A stretch of DNA of 64,000 nt from Flavobacteriales bacterium (lineage in GTDB: Bacteria; Bacteroidota; Bacteroidia; Flavobacteriales_D; Crocinitomicaceae), in NCBI GenBank assembly GCA_947460825.1, contig CANHHA010000005.1:26026-90025 (forward strand). Direction: 5' to 3'. A program made the position numbers and the translations under genes. How positions within the stretch are numbered: position 1 is the first letter of the stretch; each line of letters begins with the position of its first letter. The notes under the pieces were generated by a model. That model worked only from the letters and a program-made list of their open reading frames with translations, was not told where the DNA came from and made no database searches. Positions 9,315 to 18,951 of the stretch are shown here, in pieces.

Positions 9315-11667
9315 TTAATCGTAAGTACCTAAAGTAAATCAGGAAGGTACTCAACCCAACAATGGTAATTGAGCTCATAGGCATTAGAATGGCTGCGACA
9401 AGCGGGGTGAGTTTTGCAGTAACTGCAAATAAAATCCCAACAATGTTATAAGTAATGGAAAATGCTAAGCAAACTCTTAATACCACCTTCGCAAATTTTG
9501 AAATGCCTATGAAATCTGGAATATTTTTAAGTTGATGAGCATCAAGAATGGCATCTGAGGAAGGAGTAAATTTAAACATGTCTTCTGAAATGGCTATTCC
9601 AACATTGGCTTGTGCTAATGCGGGGGCATCGTTTAACCCATCACCAACCATCATAACTCGTTTTCCCTTATTTTGTAGGAATTCAATGAAGTCTAATTTA
9701 GATTGTGGTGTTTGGTTGAAAAAAATATTTTGTTCATTAAAACCGAGGTCAATTAGTGCCGATAGCTCCTTGTTATTGTCTCCAGAGAGGACATAAATTT
9801 CGTGGTTTAATTTGATTTGATTGAGAAGAGAGCTTAACCCTTCACGGAAAGTACTTTGAACTATAAAGAAGGTTATTAATACATCGTTTTTTGTGAAAAA
9901 TACACCTTTCACACCCATATTTTGATTAGTGAAGCTAGCACTTCCTAATTTAAAAACATCGTTATTGATTGTTGCTATTAGGCCATTACCTACACGTTCA
10001 TCAAATGAATCAAAATGTACGGTTTTTTTGTTTTCATGGTTTGAGGTGAGATGAGCATAAATAGCGGATGAAATAGGATGCGTGGAGGATTCAACCATAG
10101 CGATGATTATGGATAAATCAGATGATTTTTCTATAGTTCTAACTTGTTTTACTTCAGTTAATCGGGTGTCGGTTAATGTACCCGTCTTATCTAACACGAT
10201 AACATCTATTTCCGCCAATTTTTCAACAACATCTGAATTTTTAAGGTAAAGGCCTAATTGGCCCATCTTTCTCATGGCATTTCCAAAAGCAAAGGGAGTG
10301 GATAACGCAAGGGCACAAGGACATGCAACAATCAAAACTGAAACCACCACTTTCATTATTAATGCAGGGGCAATTATTAAATAGCATAGCATACTGATTA
10401 CGCAAATAATTAGTACGGCCCATAGAAAGTAAGCAGCGACTCGGTCTTGATATCGCTGATATGTTGAAGTTTTTTTCTTGTCAAGTTGTTCATTCCATAG
10501 TTGCGTCAGATAAGAACGGTCCGTAATTTCTTTCACCTCCACGGTAATCGAAGCGTTTAATAGTTTGCCTCCTGCATAAAGCATGGAGTTTTTTACTACA
10601 GAAACGCCTACTGATTCGCCTGTAACAAAGCTATAATCAATCTCAGCCTTGTCATCCATTAAAATGGAATCACATGGAATCACTTCCTGATTCCTTATTT
10701 TGAGTAAATCGCCTATCTCGATAGTCTCTATTGGAATTATCTCTTCTGTATTTTCTTTGATTTTTCTTACTGCTAGGGGGAAATACGAGGTATAGTCTCT
10801 ATCGAAAGACAAGGATTGATAGGTACGGTTCTGAAACCATTTTCCAATTAATAAGAAAAAAACAAAACCGGCAAAACTATCCATGTAGCCCGGTCCTTCA
10901 TAATGGATGATTGAATACACGCTTTGCGCATACAAGGCAAGGATGCCGAGTGTAATAGGGATGTCTAAGTTTAAGTGTTTAGCACGTAATGATTTATAGG
11001 CAGAAATATAGTACTCACTGGCTGAATATAATAAAACAGGCAGGGAAACTAGAAATGCTAACCATGAAGTAAAATATCTAAATGAATTGTCTTCAGCACC
11101 ATTTTTTGTATACTCAGGAAAACTCCACAACATAATTGAACCAAAGGCAAATCCAGCCAATCCGAGTTTTAATATAAAAGATTTATTCGTTTCTAACGTT
11201 TCTTTTTTCTGTTGAAAATTTGGAGGATAACCAATTCGATCAAAGAATAGCGCGAGTTCACTCAATTGCATTTCCTTGGTTAAAAAGGTAATATTGGCCA
11301 ATTTTTTTGTAAAATTCACTTGAGATTGAATGATCTTTGAATTGGCTTTATGGGCATTTTCTAACAGAAAGATGCAAGAGGAACAATGAATGTTAGGTAA
11401 ACTTAAAGATACCTTGGCGATTCGGTCATCTTCGAATCTAATAAAACGTTGTCGAATTTCAGGTAAATCCAAGAATGCATATTTATCTTGTGAAGAGGTT
11501 AGAGGTTTTAGCCCAGGATTTGATTCGTAGTTATAAAAATCGGTTAAATGATTTTCTTTTAATAAAAGATAAACTCCTTTGCATCCAATGCAACAAAAGA
11601 ACTTATCGTCGAATTGTAAGGGTTTTTTACCTAAATTGTCTCCGCAATGAAAGCAAATCCGTTCCAT
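9307..11667 (-). CDS. ccoI: Heavy-metal (copper) translocating P-type ATPase, CcoI/FixI type
   Basis: The motifs seen are DKTGTLT (phosphorylation), CPC in a TM helix (VACPCALAL), GDGLNDAP (hinge), and an N-terminal CxxC-rich region (CFHCGD, CCIGC, HCSSC). The 1-nt TAATG overlap with the hemN stop suggests coupling. Confidence 0.85.
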   Translation of the reverse strand: MERICFHCGDNLGKKPLQFDDKFFCCIGCKGVYLLLKENHLTDFYNYESNPGLKPLTSSQDKYAFLDLPEIRQRFIRFEDDRIAKVSLSLPNIHCSSCIFLLENAHKANSKIIQSQVNFTKKLANITFLTKEMQLSELALFFDRIGYPPNFQQKKETLETNKSFILKLGLAGFAFGSIMLWSFPEYTKNGAEDNSFRYFTSWLAFLVSLPVLLYSASEYYISAYKSLRAKHLNLDIPITLGILALYAQSVYSIIHYEGPGYMDSFAGFVFFLLIGKWFQNRTYQSLSFDRDYTSYFPLAVRKIKENTEEIIPIETIEIGDLLKIRNQEVIPCDSILMDDKAEIDYSFVTGESVGVSVVKNSMLYAGGKLLNASITVEVKEITDRSYLTQLWNEQLDKKKTSTYQRYQDRVAAYFLWAVLIICVISMLCYLIIAPALIMKVVVSVLIVACPCALALSTPFAFGNAMRKMGQLGLYLKNSDVVEKLAEIDVIVLDKTGTLTDTRLTEVKQVRTIEKSSDLSIIIAMVESSTHPISSAIYAHLTSNHENKKTVHFDSFDERVGNGLIATINNDVFKLGSASFTNQNMGVKGVFFTKNDVLITFFIVQSTFREGLSSLLNQIKLNHEIYVLSGDNNKELSALIDLGFNEQNIFFNQTPQSKLDFIEFLQNKGKRVMMVGDGLNDAPALAQANVGIAISEDMFKFTPSSDAILDAHQLKNIPDFIGISKFAKVVLRVCLAFSITYNIVGILFAVTAKLTPLVAAILMPMSSITIVGLSTFLIYFRYLRLKN

Positions 11668-13010
11668 TAAATTGTTTTTGAAAACGTATTTTCTTTTCTT
11701 GGTTGATTAAAAAGGTGTTCATCAAAGCACATACAGACATTCCGGACAAATCCTCGAAATTCTGGTTGAATCGTAACTTGATCCTTGTTTATCTCAATGA
11801 TTCCGTCTGTTTCAAGTGGAGCTAAACGTTCAACTATTTGTATACGATGATTTTCATTATTGGGTAATGTGGTTTGAAATTTACACATTAACTCCAGAAT
11901 TTTTGTTCTGATTTCCAGGTCTTTAGCGGTTAATAAATGGCCTCTAAAAATTGGAATTTCACCTCGATTAATAGATGACAAATAGGATTCAACATGCTTG
12001 CTGTTTTGTGCAAATCCAAACCAAGCATCGGAAATAGCAGACATTCCAAGGCCAATTATACGCGTAGATTTTTGAATGGTATATCCCATGAAATTGCGGT
12101 GAAGGGTTCCATTGTTAACTGCTATAGAAAGTTCATCATGTGGAAGTGCAAAGTGATCCATGCCAATGGAAAGATATCCTTGTTTAATAAGAAAATGGGA
12201 AGCATATTCATAGCTTTCCGATTTAATAGTTTCATTGGGTAAATCAGCTTCATTATATCCGCGTTGCCCCGTACCTTTTATCCAAGGAACATGGGCGTAA
12301 CTGTAAAGTGCGATTCGGTCTGGACGCATTTCGACCGTGATGTTTAAGGTTGAAATCAATGCGTTAAGATCTTGGAATGGAAGTCCATATATTAAATCGT
12401 GGTTTATTGAGTAACCTATTTCTTTCGCCTTGTTATGAATGTTAAGTACTTGATGAACGGTTTGAATTCTATGAATTGCGGTTTGTACTTGGAGGTTGTA
12501 ATCTTGAATTCCTAAACTGATTCTTCGAAATCCCAGTTTAAAAAGGGTTTCTAGATGTTCTTCTGTAGTGTTATTCGGATGTGCTTCAAATCCCATCCGG
12601 CACTCCGAAATATTAATGCCGTCGGTGATTCCTAAAATAAGTCTATGCAATTCGTTTGGAGAAAAAAATGTTGGTGTACCTCCGCCTAAATGAATTTCTG
12701 TTAAGGTTAAATCTGCTGGTAAATGTTTTTTGTAAATGAACCATTCCTTTAATACGGCATTGATGTATGGTTCTTCTATCGCATGATTTTTCGTTATACG
12801 TTTGTGACAGCCACAAAAGGTACACAATTGCTCACAAAACGGGAGATGAATATATATAGAAATAGTATTTCCTTTTGTTTTTTTTAGCACCTTTAGCCAA
12901 TCCTTCCCAGTTAAATGCTCATTTTTCCAATAGGGTACGGTTGGGTATGATGTATACCTTGGTCCTGGTACATTGTATTTTTTTACAAGTGTTTTACTTT
13001 CCACACACAA
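11667..13010 (-). CDS. hemN: Oxygen-independent coproporphyrinogen III oxidase-like radical SAM enzyme
   Basis: The radical SAM motif CEQLCTFCGC (CxxxCxxC) is present. N-terminal VPGPRYTSYPT is typical of HemN. The product is 447 aa. Confidence 0.85.
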   Translation of the reverse strand: MCVESKTLVKKYNVPGPRYTSYPTVPYWKNEHLTGKDWLKVLKKTKGNTISIYIHLPFCEQLCTFCGCHKRITKNHAIEEPYINAVLKEWFIYKKHLPADLTLTEIHLGGGTPTFFSPNELHRLILGITDGINISECRMGFEAHPNNTTEEHLETLFKLGFRRISLGIQDYNLQVQTAIHRIQTVHQVLNIHNKAKEIGYSINHDLIYGLPFQDLNALISTLNITVEMRPDRIALYSYAHVPWIKGTGQRGYNEADLPNETIKSESYEYASHFLIKQGYLSIGMDHFALPHDELSIAVNNGTLHRNFMGYTIQKSTRIIGLGMSAISDAWFGFAQNSKHVESYLSSINRGEIPIFRGHLLTAKDLEIRTKILELMCKFQTTLPNNENHRIQIVERLAPLETDGIIEINKDQVTIQPEFRGFVRNVCMCFDEHLFNQPRKENTFSKTI

Positions 13011-13037
13011 AACTAATGTTGGTATTAATTGTAAAAA

Positions 13038-13051
13038 ATGATCATTATCAA
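13038..13051. promoter_or_regulatory. Candidate FNR/CRP-type box in the hemN / fnr-like divergent intergenic region
   Basis: ATGAT-CATT-ATCAA matches the TTGAT-N4-ATCAA consensus in 9 of 10 half-site positions. It lies between the divergent hemN and Crp/Fnr genes. Confidence 0.4.
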
Positions 13052-13100
13052 TATTTTAGTTAATCTTTGATTTTTTATCTTTGGTTTTAATCCATTTATT

Positions 13101-13790
13101 ATGCTAGAAAAGGATCCCCGAAATATTTCTTGTAGTACCTGTTTGCGTCGAAAAGAGAATTTACTTAGCGGAATAATGGGGGAGGAAGTAGAACATTTGG
13201 AGGACCATAAAACCTGTAATTATTATAAAAAAAATCAATACCTATTTGTTGAAGGCTCATTCCCAAGAGGGGTGTTCTGTATTAATGAGGGAAAGGTTAA
13301 GATTTTCAAACGGGGAGATGGGGGGAAAGAACAAATCATTCAAATCGCCAAAGGAGGAGATTTGGTAGGATTTCGTGCGATGTTTACAGAAGATGCCTAC
13401 AAAGTATCGGCGGAGACCTTAGAGGAATGCAATATATGCTTTATCCGTAAAGAAGACTTTTTACCGATGTTAGATACTAATCCGATGTTGCGAAATGGAA
13501 TATTAAAAGAACTTTCTCGTGAACTTGCCGATCGGGCAGATTTCATTACCAATATGGCTCAAAAATCTGTTCGTCAGCGTTTAGCATTTAGCCTGTTACT
13601 TTTAATGGAAATTTATAAAGATGAACCCATCAATATCTCTAGAGAAGATATGGCTAATTTCGTTGGAACGGCAACAGAAACCTTAATTCGCTTATTAAAA
13701 GATTTTAAAGAGGAAGGGATAATAGAAATTAATATACGTAAAATAAGCGTATTGGATTCTAAAAAAATGCTTTACGTTTCAGGTCATTAA
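13101..13790 (+). CDS. Crp/Fnr family transcriptional regulator
   Basis: It has a cNMP-binding-like beta-roll (VFCINEGKVKIFKRGDGGKEQIIQIAKGGDLVGF) and a C-terminal HTH (REDMANFVGTATETLIRLLKDFKEEGII). An N-terminal cysteine pair (CSTC) is present. It is adjacent to the hemN/cco genes. Confidence 0.8.
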   Translation: MLEKDPRNISCSTCLRRKENLLSGIMGEEVEHLEDHKTCNYYKKNQYLFVEGSFPRGVFCINEGKVKIFKRGDGGKEQIIQIAKGGDLVGFRAMFTEDAYKVSAETLEECNICFIRKEDFLPMLDTNPMLRNGILKELSRELADRADFITNMAQKSVRQRLAFSLLLLMEIYKDEPINISREDMANFVGTATETLIRLLKDFKEEGIIEINIRKISVLDSKKMLYVSGH

Positions 13791-14344
13791 CACCCTTCAA
13801 TAAAGTTTTCAAGTAATATATGTCCGAAATTCCCTGAAGATTCGGGATGGAACTGCACGCCATAAATTTTCTTGGATTCATGTTGCATGACCTCGTTAAT
13901 ACATTCATCGGAATTAGCAACTAATTCAAATTCTTGAGGTATAGATATGCTTTCACAATGGTCTTCTTGCATTTCAAAAATATTCGGTAAACGATTCAGC
14001 AGGGGACAATCCACGAATTGTTCAATTTCGTTCATAGAACGGCAATCTTTCATTCTTGAACCAAAAGCCTCATAACATAAGCCGATAAGTTGATGACCGA
14101 AACAAATTCCTAGAATTGGTTTTACCGTAGTTTTTATCCAAGACGCTTGTGTTAGGTATGGCTCCATATCTTCTTCAGTAATGAGAATAGGGGATCCTGA
14201 AATAATTATACCATCAAAGGAATCAGTGGTTTCTTGGGTAACTTCAAAAAATGAATATGTTTCATAATCCGCAGATTCGAAAACCATTTCTTCTAATAGA
14301 GGAACCTTACTGCTTCCGCAATCAATAATCAAAATCCGTTTCAT
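13787..14344 (-). CDS. Class I glutamine amidotransferase-like protein
   Basis: It has the nucleophile elbow GICFGHQL and the His/Glu motif FHPES. The product is 185 aa. Confidence 0.7.
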   Translation of the reverse strand: MKRILIIDCGSSKVPLLEEMVFESADYETYSFFEVTQETTDSFDGIIISGSPILITEEDMEPYLTQASWIKTTVKPILGICFGHQLIGLCYEAFGSRMKDCRSMNEIEQFVDCPLLNRLPNIFEMQEDHCESISIPQEFELVANSDECINEVMQHESKKIYGVQFHPESSGNFGHILLENFIEGC

Positions 14345-15421
14345 TTACGGATGCAAGAAATTAATGGAACAGCTGATTGGACGGTGATCTGAATAATCAA
14401 CGTCATGGGTCTTGAAATTAGAACAAGATAACTCATCCGTATGGAATACATAATCGATTCTTCCTGCGGGAATACGCCCAATATAACTTGCTCCCAACCC
14501 AAGGCTCGAAGCCAGAAATCCATCGGTCATTTTTTTATAAAATTGATGGTGGGTATAGGACATCGGGGTATCATTAAAATCTCCACATACAACGATTGGA
14601 TAGGGGGAGGTTTCCATATGCTCAATGACTCTACGCGCTTGATCAGCGCGTTTTACATACGCTATGTTCATTTTTTTCATGCCTGTTTTTAACAGGGCAA
14701 GCCTACCTTGTTCTTGTGTTTTTCCAGGTTCATGGAGTCGAATAGACTGAAGGTGTACATTATAGATCCTGAACGTATCGGTTTTACATACAATATCAGC
14801 GAAAATGCAATAATTAAAATCCATGGTGCCTTGACTTTCAAACATAACATCACCACGAGCAATCATGGGGTATTTTGAAAAAATAGCAATGCCAAAATTG
14901 CGTTTTCCTCGTTCATTATGAGCACTTCGTTCGTGGTAATCAATCGACTGCATAATGTTGCGTATAGAATCATACGTTTCAAACGAGGTGGGCTTGTCTT
15001 GGCGATAATACTCCTGAAAACAGGCTACATCTGGGCCCTCTTTTCGGATTAAATTGAAAATTTGATTTCGGCTTTCAAACGTACTATCGTCATATAAACC
15101 AAAGAGTCGAACATTATAGGTCAATAAACGAATGGAATCTTCTGAGGCGGGGTTATCGGTAAAATTGAATGCAATTAAACGTACATGAAACGAAAATCCA
15201 ATGAATAGAACAAAAACACCAATAAACTTGAATGGTAATTTACGCAGAAAAGCAAAGCCTGTGATTATCACACAAGTGAAAACCCAAATGGGGTAAAGTA
15301 ATCCAAAATATGGTAACCACGGAATACTGTCGGGATGGAAAAAGGGACTTGCATATGAAACGAGCAGTACCGCAGAACTTGCCCAAAGAGCCAACGCAAG
15401 GATTCGGTCAATCCACTTCAT
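14345..15421 (-). CDS. Membrane-anchored endonuclease/exonuclease/phosphatase (EEP) family protein
   Basis: Several N-terminal TM segments are followed by EEP motifs (LLTYNV..., CFQE, GDFNDTP, SDHRPI). Confidence 0.7.
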   Translation of the reverse strand: MKWIDRILALALWASSAVLLVSYASPFFHPDSIPWLPYFGLLYPIWVFTCVIITGFAFLRKLPFKFIGVFVLFIGFSFHVRLIAFNFTDNPASEDSIRLLTYNVRLFGLYDDSTFESRNQIFNLIRKEGPDVACFQEYYRQDKPTSFETYDSIRNIMQSIDYHERSAHNERGKRNFGIAIFSKYPMIARGDVMFESQGTMDFNYCIFADIVCKTDTFRIYNVHLQSIRLHEPGKTQEQGRLALLKTGMKKMNIAYVKRADQARRVIEHMETSPYPIVVCGDFNDTPMSYTHHQFYKKMTDGFLASSLGLGASYIGRIPAGRIDYVFHTDELSCSNFKTHDVDYSDHRPISCSINFLHP

Positions 15422-16272
15422 GAGTTACCTTGATTGAATAAAAAATCTTTCTCCTCACGAGTCAAGGATTCATACCCGGATTTCGAGATTTTATCTAAAA
15501 TCGTATCTATCCGTTCTTGCTTGACTTTTTTCTCAGCATTGTATACCTCATCCGGTTTAAATCGTCTGTTTTTAGCAGAATCAGCGCGCTGTTTCTTATG
15601 GAATAGTCCATTTAATTGATTTAATATATTGGAATTGCTATGGATCTGTTGAACGGTTAAAAATCCAAAAAAAGCACCTCCTAAATGTGCGAAATGAGCA
15701 ATTTCATCGGAGGCACCAATGCCAATTAAATCTTTTGCTAAGAAAAACAACGCAAGCACATATATTGGGATCGCAACTATCCCAAACAAATAAATCGGAG
15801 TCTGTGGTCGATATACGGCGATGGCTGTGAAAATAGCCATAATGGCTCCGCTCGCTCCTAGCACATAGTGGGGTGCGGAAAAGTCTGGAATTAGTAAGGT
15901 TGCTAATAATTCAAACAGATTGCCAATGATGCCCCCCGCGAGGTAGGTAATGAGTAACTTTTTGGATCCGAATATCTGTTCATACATAGCTCCGGCAAAG
16001 AACAAAAATAACATATTAAAAAAAAGATGCCCCAAAGATACATGGGCAAAAATACTCGTAATAAGCGTCCACGGATTGACTAAAAACTCGAAAAGACCGG
16101 TCGGAAAGGTGAAAAAACGAAGACTCCACAAGGTATTTCCAAATAATCCTTCTACAAAGCCGATGAGGTGAATGGCGGCAAAAATGAAAACATTTACAAT
16201 GATTAAACGGACGGTCATTTTGCCGTTTCGCAATTGAAATTTTATCTCATCAACAATCGTTCGCTGTTCCAT
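15418..16272 (-). CDS. Rhomboid family intramembrane serine protease
   Basis: The product is polytopic, with GASGAIMAIF (catalytic Ser) and AHLGGAFFGF (catalytic His). Confidence 0.8.
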   Translation of the reverse strand: MEQRTIVDEIKFQLRNGKMTVRLIIVNVFIFAAIHLIGFVEGLFGNTLWSLRFFTFPTGLFEFLVNPWTLITSIFAHVSLGHLFFNMLFLFFAGAMYEQIFGSKKLLITYLAGGIIGNLFELLATLLIPDFSAPHYVLGASGAIMAIFTAIAVYRPQTPIYLFGIVAIPIYVLALFFLAKDLIGIGASDEIAHFAHLGGAFFGFLTVQQIHSNSNILNQLNGLFHKKQRADSAKNRRFKPDEVYNAEKKVKQERIDTILDKISKSGYESLTREEKDFLFNQGNS

Positions 16273-16278
16273 TTGATA

Positions 16279-17046
16279 TCAATAAAAATTTGCGCGGTCT
16301 TTTTTTCTCCAATATAAAACAATGATTGCACCAGCAATTGCCCCACCTACATGTGCCAAATGCGCCACTTGGTCATTAGGGTTGTTTTGATATGCTTGAT
16401 ACACTTCGTATATAAAATAAGCACCCACTAAAAATTTTGCTTTAACAGGAATCGCAAAATACAGCATGAACTCTTGGTTTGGAAATAAAATTGCAAAGGC
16501 GGCCAATACCCCGAACACCGCACCTGAAGCGCCGAGCATGGAAGAATTAGAGACCATTACATAGTCAATGATAAGGGTGGCTTGTGCTTCGGAAAATTTT
16601 CCAATTTGATTAATTTCTGATAAGCTTTCCTGAATAGTTGAGGATTTAGAAATGTAATAATTAATAGTACTTAGATCAACCCCTGATGCTGAAATCTGCG
16701 ATTTTAAATCAAAAAGCTGGTAGGCACTCATCGCGTTTTGAAGTAAGAAGGCGCCAAATCCGCAAAGCAGAAAAAAGATAAAGAACCGCTTCGGCCCCCA
16801 TAAGCGTTCTAAGTATCCCCCAAGCATCACAAATAGCCACATGTTCATTAACAAATGAAAAAATCCAGCATGTGCAAACATATGGGTAACCACTTGGTAG
16901 GGCTTAAATAACGGAGAACCGATAGCATGAGTGCTTAATAATAGATTCAAATCCACTCCCTTGCTCCCAAGAATGAGGGTAAGAATGAAAACAAAGACGT
17001 TCAAGAGTAATAAATTCTTTGTAACCTGAGGTATGTTGTTTAACAT
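16279..17046 (-). CDS. Rhomboid family intramembrane serine protease (second copy)
   Basis: It has the GASGAVFGVL and AHVGGAIAGA motifs and HMFAHAGFFHLLMNM. It lies in tandem with the other rhomboid gene. Confidence 0.8.
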   Translation of the reverse strand: MLNNIPQVTKNLLLLNVFVFILTLILGSKGVDLNLLLSTHAIGSPLFKPYQVVTHMFAHAGFFHLLMNMWLFVMLGGYLERLWGPKRFFIFFLLCGFGAFLLQNAMSAYQLFDLKSQISASGVDLSTINYYISKSSTIQESLSEINQIGKFSEAQATLIIDYVMVSNSSMLGASGAVFGVLAAFAILFPNQEFMLYFAIPVKAKFLVGAYFIYEVYQAYQNNPNDQVAHLAHVGGAIAGAIIVLYWRKKDRANFY

Positions 17047-17050
17047 GTAG

Positions 17051-18868
17051 TTATTTTATCAATTGGTTTAATTGCTCAAACGTGAGAATCTGTAAAATGG
17101 GTTCATTTGATGGACTCAATGTGTGGGAGGTACAGCTAAACAACCGTTGTATTTGTAATTCCGCTTCTTGCTTATTTCCAATGCGGTGGTATTTCGCAGC
17201 GTTGTTCACCATTTGTACAACCAGCGCATGTGCCACATCCTCCTTATGTTGTTCACTGTAGCTTACTCGTTCCATCAATTCATCGACACATTGGACGACA
17301 CCGTTTTCATGTAATATTTCTGGTGCACCCATAATGCGTAATATCGAATCTTCTAGGACCAAGTTGAATCCAAGCTGTTCAAAGGTCTTAAAATGGTTTG
17401 TCATGATCCGCAGTTCTTGTTTTTCCAAGGGTTTTTCTATCGGAAACAAAAGCATCTGTTGATTCAGTGGGTGCTTTACAAAGGCTTCAATGCATTCATC
17501 ATACAAGATGCGTTCCATGGCTCGTTTAGAATCAATCACCATAACCCCAGTTTTTATTGGGGTAAAGATGTAACGACCAATAAGTAGAAGGTCTGTGCTA
17601 GTGCTTATACCCCCAATTCCGGGCAATTCTTGTTGTATATTCTCTGGAGTTTCCTGGATCGAATAAAAAGATTTCCAATCTTCCTCTGTGGATTTAGATG
17701 CTCCAAAGCCCTGCTCGTGAATTCCCTTTGAAAACCCATTCGATTTACTACCTTGCTGTTGTGGTTTGAATGGGTTAAAATTTGGATCTACTTGAATCGT
17801 GGGCTCAACGATGGGCTGTTTTCTAAAGCCTGCGGGAAGATCAAATGCGGTTTCTAGTTCAAAATCCAAACTGGGCATGAGGTTGAACATTCCGAGAGAT
17901 TGACGAATGGTACTGAGTAAAATGGAATAAATGAACCGTTCTTCTTCAAATTTTATTTCTGTTTTCGTGGGATGAATATTCACATCAATTTTCGCCGGGT
18001 CCACCTCCAAGAAAATAAAATAGGTTGGATGTGATTTCTCGGGAATCAATCCTTCAAACGCTTTCAAAACGGCATGATTAAAATATGAACTTTTAAAAAA
18101 CCGTTTGTTTACAAAAAAGAATTGGCTTCCTCGGGTTTTTTTTGCAGTTTCAGGTTTCCCAATAAATCCAGTTACTTTAACAATATCCGTTTCTGACGCT
18201 ATGGGGAATACACGGTCGCCCGCATTTTTTCCAAGAACATCCGTGACACGGCGTTTTAAATTAGCCGCACTGAGGTTGTAAATGGCTTGATTGTTATGAT
18301 GCAAAATGAAATTAACTTCGGGATGAGCAATTGCTACATAAAGAAAGGCATCTTCGATGTGGTTAAATTCAATGCTGTCTGATTTTAAAAAGTTACGTCG
18401 GGCTGGGACATTGAAAAATATATTTTTCACTTCGATTAATGTACCCTTTGAGCAAACTACCTCCTCGTTTTGTACAAAGGCTCCTCCCTCTATTCTGATA
18501 TGAAAACCCGTAATGTCTTCAGCTCTTTTTGTTTTTAAAGAAACATGGGCAACCGCAGCAATCGAAGCCAATGCTTCGCCCCGAAATCCCATGGTTATTA
18601 AATTGAACAGGTCGTTAATGGCATTGATTTTACTGGTCGCATGGCGCTCAAAACACAACAGCGCATCTTGGTGATTCATACCACTTCCATTATCTTGTAT
18701 GGATATGAGGGTTCGCCCCCCATCTTTAATCGTCAATGAAATCTCAGTAGCTCCGGCATCAATTGAATTTTCCATGAGTTCCTTCACCACCGAAGCTGGA
18801 CGTTGAACCACTTCACCGGCGGCTATTTGATTGGCTAATTGAGTTGGAAGGCGTTTAATCACTTGCAT
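17051..18868 (-). CDS. mutL: DNA mismatch repair protein MutL
   Basis: N-terminal GHKL ATPase motifs are present (LANQIAAGEVVQRPASVVKELMENSIDAG, DNGSGM, GFRGEAL). The likely ATG is at 18868 (MQVIKRL...); the track start at 18883 is a TTG. Confidence 0.9.
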   Translation of the reverse strand: MQVIKRLPTQLANQIAAGEVVQRPASVVKELMENSIDAGATEISLTIKDGGRTLISIQDNGSGMNHQDALLCFERHATSKINAINDLFNLITMGFRGEALASIAAVAHVSLKTKRAEDITGFHIRIEGGAFVQNEEVVCSKGTLIEVKNIFFNVPARRNFLKSDSIEFNHIEDAFLYVAIAHPEVNFILHHNNQAIYNLSAANLKRRVTDVLGKNAGDRVFPIASETDIVKVTGFIGKPETAKKTRGSQFFFVNKRFFKSSYFNHAVLKAFEGLIPEKSHPTYFIFLEVDPAKIDVNIHPTKTEIKFEEERFIYSILLSTIRQSLGMFNLMPSLDFELETAFDLPAGFRKQPIVEPTIQVDPNFNPFKPQQQGSKSNGFSKGIHEQGFGASKSTEEDWKSFYSIQETPENIQQELPGIGGISTSTDLLLIGRYIFTPIKTGVMVIDSKRAMERILYDECIEAFVKHPLNQQMLLFPIEKPLEKQELRIMTNHFKTFEQLGFNLVLEDSILRIMGAPEILHENGVVQCVDELMERVSYSEQHKEDVAHALVVQMVNNAAKYHRIGNKQEAELQIQRLFSCTSHTLSPSNEPILQILTFEQLNQLIK

Positions 18869-18951
18869 ATTGAATCTCGCCAAGGCGATTAAACAAAAAT
18901 AAGGATTATCCCTAAGAATAATCCTTACTTAACATTTCTTTACTTTATTTA

